Shown piece by piece: positions 47,460-56,776 of a DNA stretch of 64,000 nucleotides. The notes under the pieces are model-generated. The model worked only from the letters and a program-made list of their open reading frames with translations, made no database searches and was not told the origin of the DNA. Both the position numbers and the translations under genes were made by a program. This stretch comes from Pseudomonadota bacterium. GTDB lineage: Bacteria; Desulfobacterota; Desulfobacteria; Desulfobacterales; RPRI01. Every line of letters starts with the position of its first letter. The stretch's first letter is position 1. The stretch lies in assembly GCA_043825875.1 (NCBI GenBank), contig JBDRRF010000079.1:32001-96000 (forward strand), given 5' to 3'.

Positions 47460-48341
47460 ATGAAACTTCTTTATTTTAAACATGCATTCAATGATATTGT
47501 AAAAAGCAGGTTCTTGCATATCGTTGCAATTATTACACTTGCTTTTTCGGTAATTATTACAAGTTCTATTATTCTTTTTTTCAAAAACACAACCGGCATA
47601 TTTAATATATGGAAAAAAGGAGTAAAGGTAATGGTTTATCTTTCTCCGGAAACAGCCGATGAGGCTATACTTGAAATACAAAAGAAAATTTCAGGAATGT
47701 ATGGCGTTAAGAATGCTATATTCATTCCAAAAGAAGAGGCTCTTAACATACTTAAGCAACAGATGAAAAGGCAACCTTCACTGCTTGAAAATCTCAAAGG
47801 TAATCCGCTTCCCAATGCATTTGAAATACATTTGATTGAATCTTCGGAAGTATGGGAAAAAATAGAAAGCCTTGTTGCTCATCTTGAATTGATACCACAG
47901 GTTGAAGAAGTTGAGTACGGACAAAAGTGGCTGGCCCGATTTGCCGGAATTATTAATATATTCACTTTGTCAGGATATACCCTTGGAATCCTTTTTTTTA
48001 TTGCTTCAGTGTTCATAGTTGCAAACACGGTACGTCTTGTTCTTTATGCAAAACGCGATGAAATAGAAATTATGCGTCTTGTCGGAGCATCTGATAGCTT
48101 TATTAAAACTCCGCTTTATATTGAATGTATTATACAAGGAGCTGCAGGTGGAATTATCGGTCTTGTTCTGCTTTATATTATTTTTACGTCTTTTATCTCA
48201 AATGTTGGCCAGGGCATGACATCAGATCTTATAAATATAAGTTTTTTTTCTTTTAGTGCGTTATCAACAATTTTGATCTGTAGCATGTTTATAGGATGGC
48301 TCGGTTGTTTTCTGTCTTTAAAAAATTTTTTGAAAAATTAG
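47460..48341 (+). CDS. ftsX: cell division permease
   Basis: NPLPNAF, IVANTVRL..RDEIEIMRLVGA. Confidence 0.93.
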   Translation: MKLLYFKHAFNDIVKSRFLHIVAIITLAFSVIITSSIILFFKNTTGIFNIWKKGVKVMVYLSPETADEAILEIQKKISGMYGVKNAIFIPKEEALNILKQQMKRQPSLLENLKGNPLPNAFEIHLIESSEVWEKIESLVAHLELIPQVEEVEYGQKWLARFAGIINIFTLSGYTLGILFFIASVFIVANTVRLVLYAKRDEIEIMRLVGASDSFIKTPLYIECIIQGAAGGIIGLVLLYIIFTSFISNVGQGMTSDLINISFFSFSALSTILICSMFIGWLGCFLSLKNFLKN

Positions 48342-48451
48342 AGAAGAACAAGGATATCAGAGGCCTGCGGTCAGGGATCAGCTCAAGAATTCAAATGCTT
48401 TTCTTTTTGGCTTTCGGTCTATGTTTCCTATAAAATAGTCTGGATTACGGT

Positions 48452-49702
48452 ATGTTGTTTAATAGAGTATCGCTTATTAAAATTTCTGCTCTTTGTGCCG
48501 CAATATTTTTTCTTGTTTTTCTTGCAGGAGTAAACGGCGGTTCTGTTCCTAAGAAAACAGGATCTGAAGATAAGTCTTCTTTAAAGGATTCAAAAGCAAA
48601 ATTATCCCAAGGCATAGGAAAACTGCAACAGAAGGCAATACTTATTGATAATCAAATCGAGCAAAGCAAAATTGAGATTGAAAGTATCGAAAAGAAAGAA
48701 TCACTGGTTTTACACAACCTGAATGAACAGGATATTGCAATTGATAATATAAGAAAGAATATATCTTCCTTAAGAAAAGAACTCGAAGCTGCAAACAGAC
48801 AAATAGTAAAAATCAAAGGGGTAATAGAAAATCTCGATAATGAAATTAAAGAATCGGAACGCTATATTTCAAAGCGTCTTGTTGCTCTTTATAAACTAAA
48901 CCGGCTTGGCAGGATACATGTTCTTGCATCTGTGGATTCCATTTATGAAATTATTCAGCGTAAAATGTATTTTGAACGAATCCTTGACAGCGATAAAAAA
49001 GAGATTGATAAATTATTTGAAAACAGAGACAGATTATGTCAGTTGCAAATCAATTTAAATGAAAAAAATGCCAGTTATAAATCAGGGGAAAAGTCTCTTG
49101 AAGAAGAGATTGCAAAGATCTCTTTTGAAAGACAAAAACGTGCAAAGTTTCTTGATGAAATCCGAAGCAAAAAAACACTTGAGATAGCAGCAGTAAACGC
49201 TCTTGAGAAAGCTGCAAAACAACTTGATGATGCTATACAAAACTTAAGCGCAGAAAAGGACGGAACTGATTTTTTGCAAAATGCTTCCTTTAAGGACCCT
49301 GCATCATTTAAAGGGTTGATTAACCTGCCTGTCAAAGGTAAAATAGTCTCAAGTTTTGGCACTTACCATAATCATAAATATAATACCACCAATTTTAAGA
49401 GTGGTATTGATATTGAATCTGAAATAGGTGAGCCAATAAGATCGGTTATTCCGGGCAAAATAATATACTCCGGATGGTTTAAAGGATATGGAAACATGAT
49501 TATAGTCGATCATGGCAAAAGTTTTTATACTGTATATGCACATCTTGAAGAAAGGTTTAAATCAAAAGGTGATGTGGTAGAAGCTGATGAAGTAATTGCA
49601 TCAGCCGGTGACACCGGTTCTTTAGCCGGTTCCGGGCTTTATTTCGAAATCAGGCATCATGGGAAACCAATCAATCCTATAAAATGGTTTAAGAAGCAAT
49701 AA
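48452..49702 (+). CDS. envC: murein hydrolase activator EnvC (coiled coil + M23)
   Basis: Long coiled coil, GIDI, GYGNMIIVDHG, LYFEIR; follows ftsEX. Confidence 0.85.
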   Translation: MLFNRVSLIKISALCAAIFFLVFLAGVNGGSVPKKTGSEDKSSLKDSKAKLSQGIGKLQQKAILIDNQIEQSKIEIESIEKKESLVLHNLNEQDIAIDNIRKNISSLRKELEAANRQIVKIKGVIENLDNEIKESERYISKRLVALYKLNRLGRIHVLASVDSIYEIIQRKMYFERILDSDKKEIDKLFENRDRLCQLQINLNEKNASYKSGEKSLEEEIAKISFERQKRAKFLDEIRSKKTLEIAAVNALEKAAKQLDDAIQNLSAEKDGTDFLQNASFKDPASFKGLINLPVKGKIVSSFGTYHNHKYNTTNFKSGIDIESEIGEPIRSVIPGKIIYSGWFKGYGNMIIVDHGKSFYTVYAHLEERFKSKGDVVEADEVIASAGDTGSLAGSGLYFEIRHHGKPINPIKWFKKQ

Positions 49703-49713
49703 AAGGAGAAAAT

Positions 49714-51123
49714 ATGGGCCAGAAAAAAAACAACCATATCAGACTTTGGGTTATGGTTATAATTGCTGTCGGTTTTTTAACCATAGGCGCAGGTTTTTAC
49801 CGTAATCTTTCTGCAAATAATGAAGAAACTTATAAGGGATTGAAAATTTTCAGTGATGTTCTTGAAATAATAGAAAATGATTATGTTGATACTGTTGATA
49901 CAAAAGAACTGGTTCAAAAGGCTATTCAAGGTATGATCAGAGGCCTTGATCCGCATTCCGCACTTCTTCCACCGGAAGCCCTGGAAGATTTGCAGATTGA
50001 TTCCGAAGGAGAATTTCCCGGCATAGGTATTCATATAACACTTTTAAATGATCTTGTTACGGTTATTTCCCCAATTGAAGGAACACCTGCTTTTAAAGCC
50101 GGAATAAAAGCAAAGGATAAAATAATTAAAATAGATGGAGTTACTCCCAAAGATTTAAGGGATGCCGTAAGCAAAATGAGAGGCCCGAAAGGCACATCTG
50201 TTGTTGTAACTATATTTCGTGAAGGAGTTACAGACCCGATTGATTTTACCCTTGTGCGCGAAATAATTCCTGTAAAAAGCATCAAATCCATATCAATTAA
50301 ACCCGGATATGGTTATATATGGATTACCAACTTTACAGGAAATACTACCGATGATTTTGTAAAAGCTCTTGATAAACTTGAGTCAGATTCTGTTCCCTTA
50401 AAAGGTCTTATACTTGACCTTCGTGATAATGGAGGCGGTCTTTTAAAACAGGCTTTAAAGATTTCCGATGTTTTTCTTGAAAAAGGAAAGATTTTATCAA
50501 TTGAGGGAAGACATAAGAAGAATTCAAGAGTTTTTAAAGCTCATGCCAATAAGATAAAGCGTACTTACCCTATAATTATTCTTATTAATGGTGGAAGTGC
50601 AAGTGCTGCTGAAATTGTTGCCGGTGCATTACAGGATCATAAAAGGGCACTGTTATTAGGGACAACTTCATTCGGAAAAGGTTCTGTGCAGAGTGTTGAA
50701 CCTTTAAGAGACGGCTATGCTCTCAAGCTGACAATAGCCAGATACTTCACCCCAAGCGGCCGATCTATACAAGCTAAAGGAATTGAGCCGGATGTAGTGC
50801 TACGGCATAAAACAATTGGTGATGAAAGCACTTATGATGATGGAGGCATGCTGAAAGAAAAGGATTTAAAAAACCATCTTAATGCAAATCCTGATGAAGA
50901 TAAAATTGATGGAGAATCCGATTCGAAAATTATAAAAGATAAAGATCCGAAAATAAAAATGGATGAAGATAAAAAAGAGGGCACAAAGAAAAGAAAAATG
51001 CGCGACTTTGATTACAGACTTGGCCCACTTAGTATAGAAGGTCTCCAGTCCGATAATCAGGTGATGCATGCGCTTGAGATTTTATTAAGTTATGAAATAT
51101 TCAAGGATAGATTGAATAATTAA
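49714..51123 (+). CDS. ctpA: carboxyl-terminal processing protease S41
   Basis: LDPHS, PDZ domain, DLRDNGGG, SASAAEI, FGKGSVQ. Confidence 0.9.
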   Translation: MGQKKNNHIRLWVMVIIAVGFLTIGAGFYRNLSANNEETYKGLKIFSDVLEIIENDYVDTVDTKELVQKAIQGMIRGLDPHSALLPPEALEDLQIDSEGEFPGIGIHITLLNDLVTVISPIEGTPAFKAGIKAKDKIIKIDGVTPKDLRDAVSKMRGPKGTSVVVTIFREGVTDPIDFTLVREIIPVKSIKSISIKPGYGYIWITNFTGNTTDDFVKALDKLESDSVPLKGLILDLRDNGGGLLKQALKISDVFLEKGKILSIEGRHKKNSRVFKAHANKIKRTYPIIILINGGSASAAEIVAGALQDHKRALLLGTTSFGKGSVQSVEPLRDGYALKLTIARYFTPSGRSIQAKGIEPDVVLRHKTIGDESTYDDGGMLKEKDLKNHLNANPDEDKIDGESDSKIIKDKDPKIKMDEDKKEGTKKRKMRDFDYRLGPLSIEGLQSDNQVMHALEILLSYEIFKDRLNN

Positions 51124-51201
51124 TGACAGTTTACTGCGGATTGAAAAATCTAAATAGAATAATACGGTTTATAGATACTGTACGGTGCATTGTTTTAAAT
51201 T

Positions 51202-52185
51202 ATGGCTAAAAGAAAAAAAGCGAAAAAGAAAAAAGCGGGATCGAAAAAAGCGAAAAACTTAAAATCTAATATTTTAAAAGCTTGTGCAGGTTTATTGGTT
51301 TTACTGCTTTTAGTGGTTGGGATCGGTTTTTTATATAATTACTATATTGCAAAAATTAAACCTATTCCTATTCCGGCAAAACAACAGACTCCTTTGAAAA
51401 TAAAAATACAAAAGAAAAAAACCGTATCAAAACCGCCTGTTTTTGAGGTTTATCCAAAAGAAGATAAGACATATGCCAAAATTAAACCAAAAGAAATATT
51501 AATCCCTGACCACCATTTGCCTAATGTGGCAATAATCATTGATGATGTTGGATATCATCCTGATCTTGAAAATAAATTTCTGCATCTTGATGCTATCTTT
51601 ACCTTTTCGGTGTTACCTTTCAGTCCGCACAAAAAAAGCATAATTAAAGCAGCACACAAAAAAGGAAGAGAAATAATGCTCCACCTTCCAATGGAGCCGA
51701 AAGAATATCCGGCAATTTCTCCAGGTCCCGGTGCTCTGCTTACAACCATGAATCCCGACCAGCTTATAAACCAGCTTAATAAAGATATTGATGATGTTCC
51801 TTTTATCAAAGGTGCAAATAATCATATGGGCTCAAAAATGACAGCCTCAGATACTCAGATGTATCAGATTGTATCGGTTCTTAAACAAAGGGGGCTTTAT
51901 TTCATTGACAGCAGAACAGGGCCAAAAACTTATGGCAAAGAATCGGCAAAACTATTTAAAATATCTTTCGCAGAGAGGGATGTATTTATAGATCATAAAC
52001 AGGACAAAGAATTTATAAGAAAACAGATCCATGAACTTATTGATATAGCCAACCGGCATGGCGAAGCTGTTGCAATAATACATCCGTATCCTGTAACATA
52101 TGAGGTAATTTCAGAAATGCTTCCTTATATGAAGAAAAAAATAAACCTTGTACCTGCTTCAGCAATTGTTAAAGATTTAAGTTGA
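51202..52185 (+). CDS. divergent polysaccharide deacetylase family protein
   Basis: IIIDDVG, LHLPMEP, NNHMGS, FIDSRT, RDVFID. Confidence 0.92.
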   Translation: MAKRKKAKKKKAGSKKAKNLKSNILKACAGLLVLLLLVVGIGFLYNYYIAKIKPIPIPAKQQTPLKIKIQKKKTVSKPPVFEVYPKEDKTYAKIKPKEILIPDHHLPNVAIIIDDVGYHPDLENKFLHLDAIFTFSVLPFSPHKKSIIKAAHKKGREIMLHLPMEPKEYPAISPGPGALLTTMNPDQLINQLNKDIDDVPFIKGANNHMGSKMTASDTQMYQIVSVLKQRGLYFIDSRTGPKTYGKESAKLFKISFAERDVFIDHKQDKEFIRKQIHELIDIANRHGEAVAIIHPYPVTYEVISEMLPYMKKKINLVPASAIVKDLS

Positions 52186-52219
52186 ATTGAGTACAATCCA
52201 ACAACTCCGGGAAAGACTT

Positions 52220-52762
52220 ATGAATATAATTAAAACTGATCTTGAAGATGTTATTTTAATAGAACCACCTGTTTTTTCCGATAACAGAGGGTATTTTACA
52301 GAAGTATACAAGAAGAGCGTATATGACCCTCTTGGTATAGAAAGAAATTTCGTGCAGGATAACCTTTCCTGTTCTTCAAAAGATGTTTTAAGAGGTTTAC
52401 ACTATCAGATAAAACAAAAACAGGCAAAACTGGTTCAGGTTATTAAAGGGGAAATATTTGATGTTGCTGTTGATCTAAGGCCACATTCAAAAACCTTCGG
52501 CAAGTGGGAAGGTTTTATTCTTTCGGGCAAAAACAACCGCCGACTTTTTATACCTGAAGATTTCGCCCACGGCTTCTGCGTTTTAAGCGATACAGCTTAT
52601 CTATTATACAAGTGCTCAAAGTATTATGCCCCTGGTGATGAAGGAGGTATAATTTGGTGCGATGATATATTAAATATAAAATGGCCTGTAAAAAACCCCA
52701 TAATATCGGAAAAGGACAAACAACTTCCCTCCTTTTCTGAAGTTTTCGGTAAAATAAAATGA
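52220..52762 (+). CDS. rfbC: dTDP-4-dehydrorhamnose 3,5-epimerase
   Basis: DNRGYF, FVQDN, LRGLHYQ, FAHGF; start at ATG 52220. Confidence 0.95.
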   Translation: MNIIKTDLEDVILIEPPVFSDNRGYFTEVYKKSVYDPLGIERNFVQDNLSCSSKDVLRGLHYQIKQKQAKLVQVIKGEIFDVAVDLRPHSKTFGKWEGFILSGKNNRRLFIPEDFAHGFCVLSDTAYLLYKCSKYYAPGDEGGIIWCDDILNIKWPVKNPIISEKDKQLPSFSEVFGKIK

Positions 52763-53643
52763 AAATACTTGTAATTGGATCACAAGGACAGCTGGGCTGG
52801 GATTTGTTAAAAGAAGCTAAAGCTTTCGGTTTTGAAGCTACAGGTTTTGATCTTCCGCAAATCGACATAAGGATCAAATCGGATGTAGAACAAATTATAA
52901 GCGATTTTAGTCCAACTATTGTTGTAAATGCCGCGGCTTATACAAATGTGGATAAAGCTGAAGAAGAAAGGGACGTCTGTTTTGCCGCAAACTGTTTTGG
53001 TCCGGAAAACATTGCTGCTGTTTGCAATAGTCTTTCAATTCCGCTGATTCATATTTCAACCGATTATGTTTTTGATGGAAGCGCAAATACTCCTTACACT
53101 GAAACAGATAAAATATCCCCGATAAATGTATATGGTAAAAGCAAGGCAGAAGGCGAAATTTTGGTAAGAAATATTATAGAAAAGCATATAATAATAAGAA
53201 CTTCATGGCTTTACGGCATACACGGAAATAATTTTGTTAAAACTATTTTAAGACTTGGAAAAGAAAAAGAAGTAATCAGTGTTGTATCCGATCAGTATGG
53301 CTCCCCGACTTTTGCCACTGATCTTTCAAATGCTGTATTAACTATTTCTTCTCAGATCAAAAACGGTAACAGCAATATCTGGGGAACTTACAATTTTTGC
53401 GGCGCAGGAATAACCACCTGGCATGGATTTGCAGAAAAGATAATAGAAGAAGCAAAACAATACATGCAAATAAAAACAACCATGGTAAAACCGATTGCAT
53501 CAAAAGATTATCCTGTAAAAGCCGGAAGGCCTTCTTATTCTGCTCTTGATTGCAGTCTGATTAAAAGGCAATTCGGGATATCTCCAAAACCCTGGCAGGA
53601 AAGCCTGAAAGCCTCAATAAAAATAATTTGCAGTAATACATGA
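52759..53643 (+). CDS. rfbD: dTDP-4-dehydrorhamnose reductase
   Basis: GSQGQLG, NAAAYTNVD, STDYVFDG, YGKSK. Confidence 0.95.
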   Translation: MKILVIGSQGQLGWDLLKEAKAFGFEATGFDLPQIDIRIKSDVEQIISDFSPTIVVNAAAYTNVDKAEEERDVCFAANCFGPENIAAVCNSLSIPLIHISTDYVFDGSANTPYTETDKISPINVYGKSKAEGEILVRNIIEKHIIIRTSWLYGIHGNNFVKTILRLGKEKEVISVVSDQYGSPTFATDLSNAVLTISSQIKNGNSNIWGTYNFCGAGITTWHGFAEKIIEEAKQYMQIKTTMVKPIASKDYPVKAGRPSYSALDCSLIKRQFGISPKPWQESLKASIKIICSNT

Positions 53644-53670
53644 AAGAATTTTCTGCCACGACTCAAGCCC

Positions 53671-54900
53671 ATGTCTAATAAGGTAAACAAAAAAATCGAA
53701 CTCCTTGCCCCGGCCGGGAATTTTGAAAAGCTTGAAATTGCCATCCATTACGGTGCTGATGCGATTTATTTGGCAGGAAAAGACTTTTCTTTAAGAAACT
53801 TTTCAGTAAATTTTACAATTGATGAACTAAACGAAGCTGTCCGGTTTGCCGGTAAAGCCGGCGTAAAAGTGTATGTTGCATGCAATATATTTTCAAGAAA
53901 CAATGAGCAAAAAGCTATAAAAGATTATTTAAAGAGCCTTTCAAAAATCGCACCGGATGCAGTAATTATTGCAGATCCCGGCATATTGCTTGAGGCAAAA
54001 AACATAATGCCTGATATGCCTATACATTTAAGCACACAGGCAAACACCACAAGTTATAAGGCAGCTTTGTTCTGGAAAAATATGGGTGTTTCAAGAATAA
54101 ATACGGCCCGTGAGCTTTCCTTAAAAGAAATTAAAGAAATAGCTTCATTGGGTGAAGTTGAAATAGAAGCTTTTGTTCACGGTGCAATGTGCATTTCATA
54201 TTCGGGGCGCTGTTTGTTAAGCAATTTTATGGAAAATCGTGACAGCAATCATGGCATGTGCTGCCATCCGTGCAGATTTAGCTATGCGGTTGTAGAACAG
54301 ACAAGACCCGGCGAATATATGCCCATAGGAGAAGACAGCCGTGGCACATATATCTTTAACTCAAAAGATTTGTGCATGATCGGCCACATTCCTGAAATGA
54401 TAGATGCAGGCATATCTTCTTTAAAGATTGAAGGCCGCATGAAGGGAATAAACTATCTTGCTTCAACAGTCAGGGTTTACAGGGAAGCTATCGACTCCTG
54501 GTATGAATCTCCGGCAGATTTTGAAGTAAAAGAAGAATGGATAAAAGAGCTTGACAGAATAAGCAACAGAGACTACTGCACAGGCTTCTACTTTGGTAAT
54601 ACGAGAGAAACTGTGCCGAATTATCTTGATATAAAGCCTGCAACCAAACGCACATTTATAGGTAAAGTCATTGGATCTGAAAATGGAAACACGGCAATTA
54701 CACAAGTGCGAAATAAATTATTTTTAAACGACAAGGTTGATATACTTGGCATTAAAGGCCCGGCAAAACATGATACAATAAGAAGAATAACGGATACAAA
54801 TGGAAAACAACTTGATTTTGCCCAACCCGGAAGTATTGTAAATATTCTGTTTGACAACAAATGTGAAATAAATGATCTTGTAAGAAAGATAGAACAATAA
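53671..54900 (+). CDS. U32 family peptidase-like protein (TrhP/YegQ-like)
   Basis: ELLAPAG, HLSTQAN, HGAMCISYSGRC, SLKIEGRMK. Confidence 0.9.
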   Translation: MSNKVNKKIELLAPAGNFEKLEIAIHYGADAIYLAGKDFSLRNFSVNFTIDELNEAVRFAGKAGVKVYVACNIFSRNNEQKAIKDYLKSLSKIAPDAVIIADPGILLEAKNIMPDMPIHLSTQANTTSYKAALFWKNMGVSRINTARELSLKEIKEIASLGEVEIEAFVHGAMCISYSGRCLLSNFMENRDSNHGMCCHPCRFSYAVVEQTRPGEYMPIGEDSRGTYIFNSKDLCMIGHIPEMIDAGISSLKIEGRMKGINYLASTVRVYREAIDSWYESPADFEVKEEWIKELDRISNRDYCTGFYFGNTRETVPNYLDIKPATKRTFIGKVIGSENGNTAITQVRNKLFLNDKVDILGIKGPAKHDTIRRITDTNGKQLDFAQPGSIVNILFDNKCEINDLVRKIEQ

Positions 54901-54916
54901 CCATTGGAGGGAAAAC

Positions 54917-55432
54917 ATGAAAGGTTATATCCAGGTATATACCGGAAACGGGAAAGGAAAGACAACAGCGGCATTGGGCCTGTCAATTAGAGCTGCAGGA
55001 GCCGGTCTGAAGGTTTATATAGCTCAGTTTATCAAGATGGGCCTTTACAGCGAAATAAAAGCCCTTAAAAAGTTTTCCGATCAGATAACAGTAGAACAAT
55101 TCGGACTTGGGCGATTTATTAAAGGCAAACCTTCTAAAGAAGATATTGAAGCTGCCCATAAAGGAATTGCAAAAATAAAGAACTTAATGAGTTCATCTAA
55201 ATACGATATAATAGTTCTTGAAGAAGCAAATTCAGCTTCTTCATGCGGCGTTATATCTGTTGAAGATATCCTTGATCTTATAGCATTAAAACCTGATAAT
55301 ATTGAACTTGTCATAACAGGCCGGGGAGCAGATCCAAAAGTAATTGAAAAAGCCGACCTTGTGACGGAAATGAAAGAAATCAAACATTACTACAATAACG
55401 GGGTACCGGCGAGAGTTGGAATAGAAAAGTAA
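54917..55432 (+). CDS. cobO: cob(I)yrinic acid a,c-diamide adenosyltransferase
   Basis: YTGNGKGKTTAALG, ELVITGR, ADLVTEM. Confidence 0.9.
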   Translation: MKGYIQVYTGNGKGKTTAALGLSIRAAGAGLKVYIAQFIKMGLYSEIKALKKFSDQITVEQFGLGRFIKGKPSKEDIEAAHKGIAKIKNLMSSSKYDIIVLEEANSASSCGVISVEDILDLIALKPDNIELVITGRGADPKVIEKADLVTEMKEIKHYYNNGVPARVGIEK

Positions 55433-55447
55433 TAAATAACAGGACAT

Positions 55448-56713
55448 ATGTCTATGAACAAAAAAATAACGATAATTGCTGTTTCTTTCATCATTATTAT
55501 TAATTCTCTTATTTTTGTCTTAGTTAGTAATAAATCAAAAACTCCTAACAGGATAGATGAAAAGGATTTGACTGCTATTGGTGGACAGCTTTCGGAGGGA
55601 GAGGTACTTAGCAATGTCCTGGCAAAACAGGGAGTAGAGCTATTAGATGTTCGTTTAATAACAAATGCGTTGAATAAGGTTTTTAATCTTAGAAAATGTA
55701 ATGTAGGGGACAAGTGGAAACTTTATCTTGATAGTAAAGGTAATTTTAATAAATTCGAATATTATGACGGGCCCATGGAATTTTATGTAGTGGAACCGGA
55801 TATTAATAATAACACATATATTGCTTCTACACATGAAATAAAAGCCAAAAAAATAATAAGGGGGGCCCGGGGGAAAATAGCAAGTTCATTGTATGAAAGC
55901 ATGACTTCTTTAAATGTTCATTCTGAAGTGGTTGTGCAATTTGCTGAAATCTTCGCTTCTACAATAGATTTTTTTACTGACTGCCGCCCGGATGACGAAT
56001 TCAGCATTCTGTGGGATTCCTATGTTGATAAAGATGGGGTTGTTTTAAAAGATATAAATATATTGGCTGCTTCCTATACAAGATCAGGCTATACATATAA
56101 TGCCTTTTATTATAAAACACCTGATGGAAACGGTAAATATTATGATGAAAACGGGGAAAGTGTTGAAGCGGCATTTTTAAAAGCTCCTCTTAACTACAGA
56201 AGAATATCTTCCTATTTTACCCGCAAAAGATATCATCCCATATTAAAAAAATACCGCCCTCATCTTGGGATTGACTACGCAGCACCGAGGGGCACCCCTA
56301 TTTCTTCCATAGGTGATGGTGTCGTTACTGCGGCTGGAAGAAGAAGAGACGGGCTTGGTATAGCGGTAATAGTAAAGCATCCAAATAATTATAAGTCCTG
56401 GTATGGGCATCTTTCCAGAATAGCAAAAGGTGTCTCAAAGGGCTCCCGTGTAAAAAAAGGCCAGGTTATAGGATATGTGGGAGCAACAGGTCTTGCTACC
56501 GGCCCTCATCTTGACTTCCGTGTGCAAAAGGGCAAGACGTTTGTTAATTTTCTTGCGCTGAAGTTACCCCCTTCTCATCCTCTACCGGACAAGTATCAGA
56601 AAAAATATGAGGTCGCAAAAAATATGTTTATGGAAACAACAGACAATCTAAAACCTGGAGAAGTTACTGTTTTTCAGAATAAAGAGGCAAGAAAACTGTA
56701 TTCGCTGTATTGA
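55448..56713 (+). CDS. M23 family peptidoglycan endopeptidase (MepM-like)
   Basis: RYHPIL..HLGIDYAAP, YGHL, TGPHLDF. Confidence 0.92.
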   Translation: MSMNKKITIIAVSFIIIINSLIFVLVSNKSKTPNRIDEKDLTAIGGQLSEGEVLSNVLAKQGVELLDVRLITNALNKVFNLRKCNVGDKWKLYLDSKGNFNKFEYYDGPMEFYVVEPDINNNTYIASTHEIKAKKIIRGARGKIASSLYESMTSLNVHSEVVVQFAEIFASTIDFFTDCRPDDEFSILWDSYVDKDGVVLKDINILAASYTRSGYTYNAFYYKTPDGNGKYYDENGESVEAAFLKAPLNYRRISSYFTRKRYHPILKKYRPHLGIDYAAPRGTPISSIGDGVVTAAGRRRDGLGIAVIVKHPNNYKSWYGHLSRIAKGVSKGSRVKKGQVIGYVGATGLATGPHLDFRVQKGKTFVNFLALKLPPSHPLPDKYQKKYEVAKNMFMETTDNLKPGEVTVFQNKEARKLYSLY

Positions 56714-56776
56714 GATATGTATAGCAATATTGCCAATATCCTGAATTTCTCTTATATTAAAAGCCTTATGATATCA

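Noticed and set aside
48350..48430. Degenerate short-repeat element between ftsX and envC
   Set aside because: Periodicity is too weak to define units.
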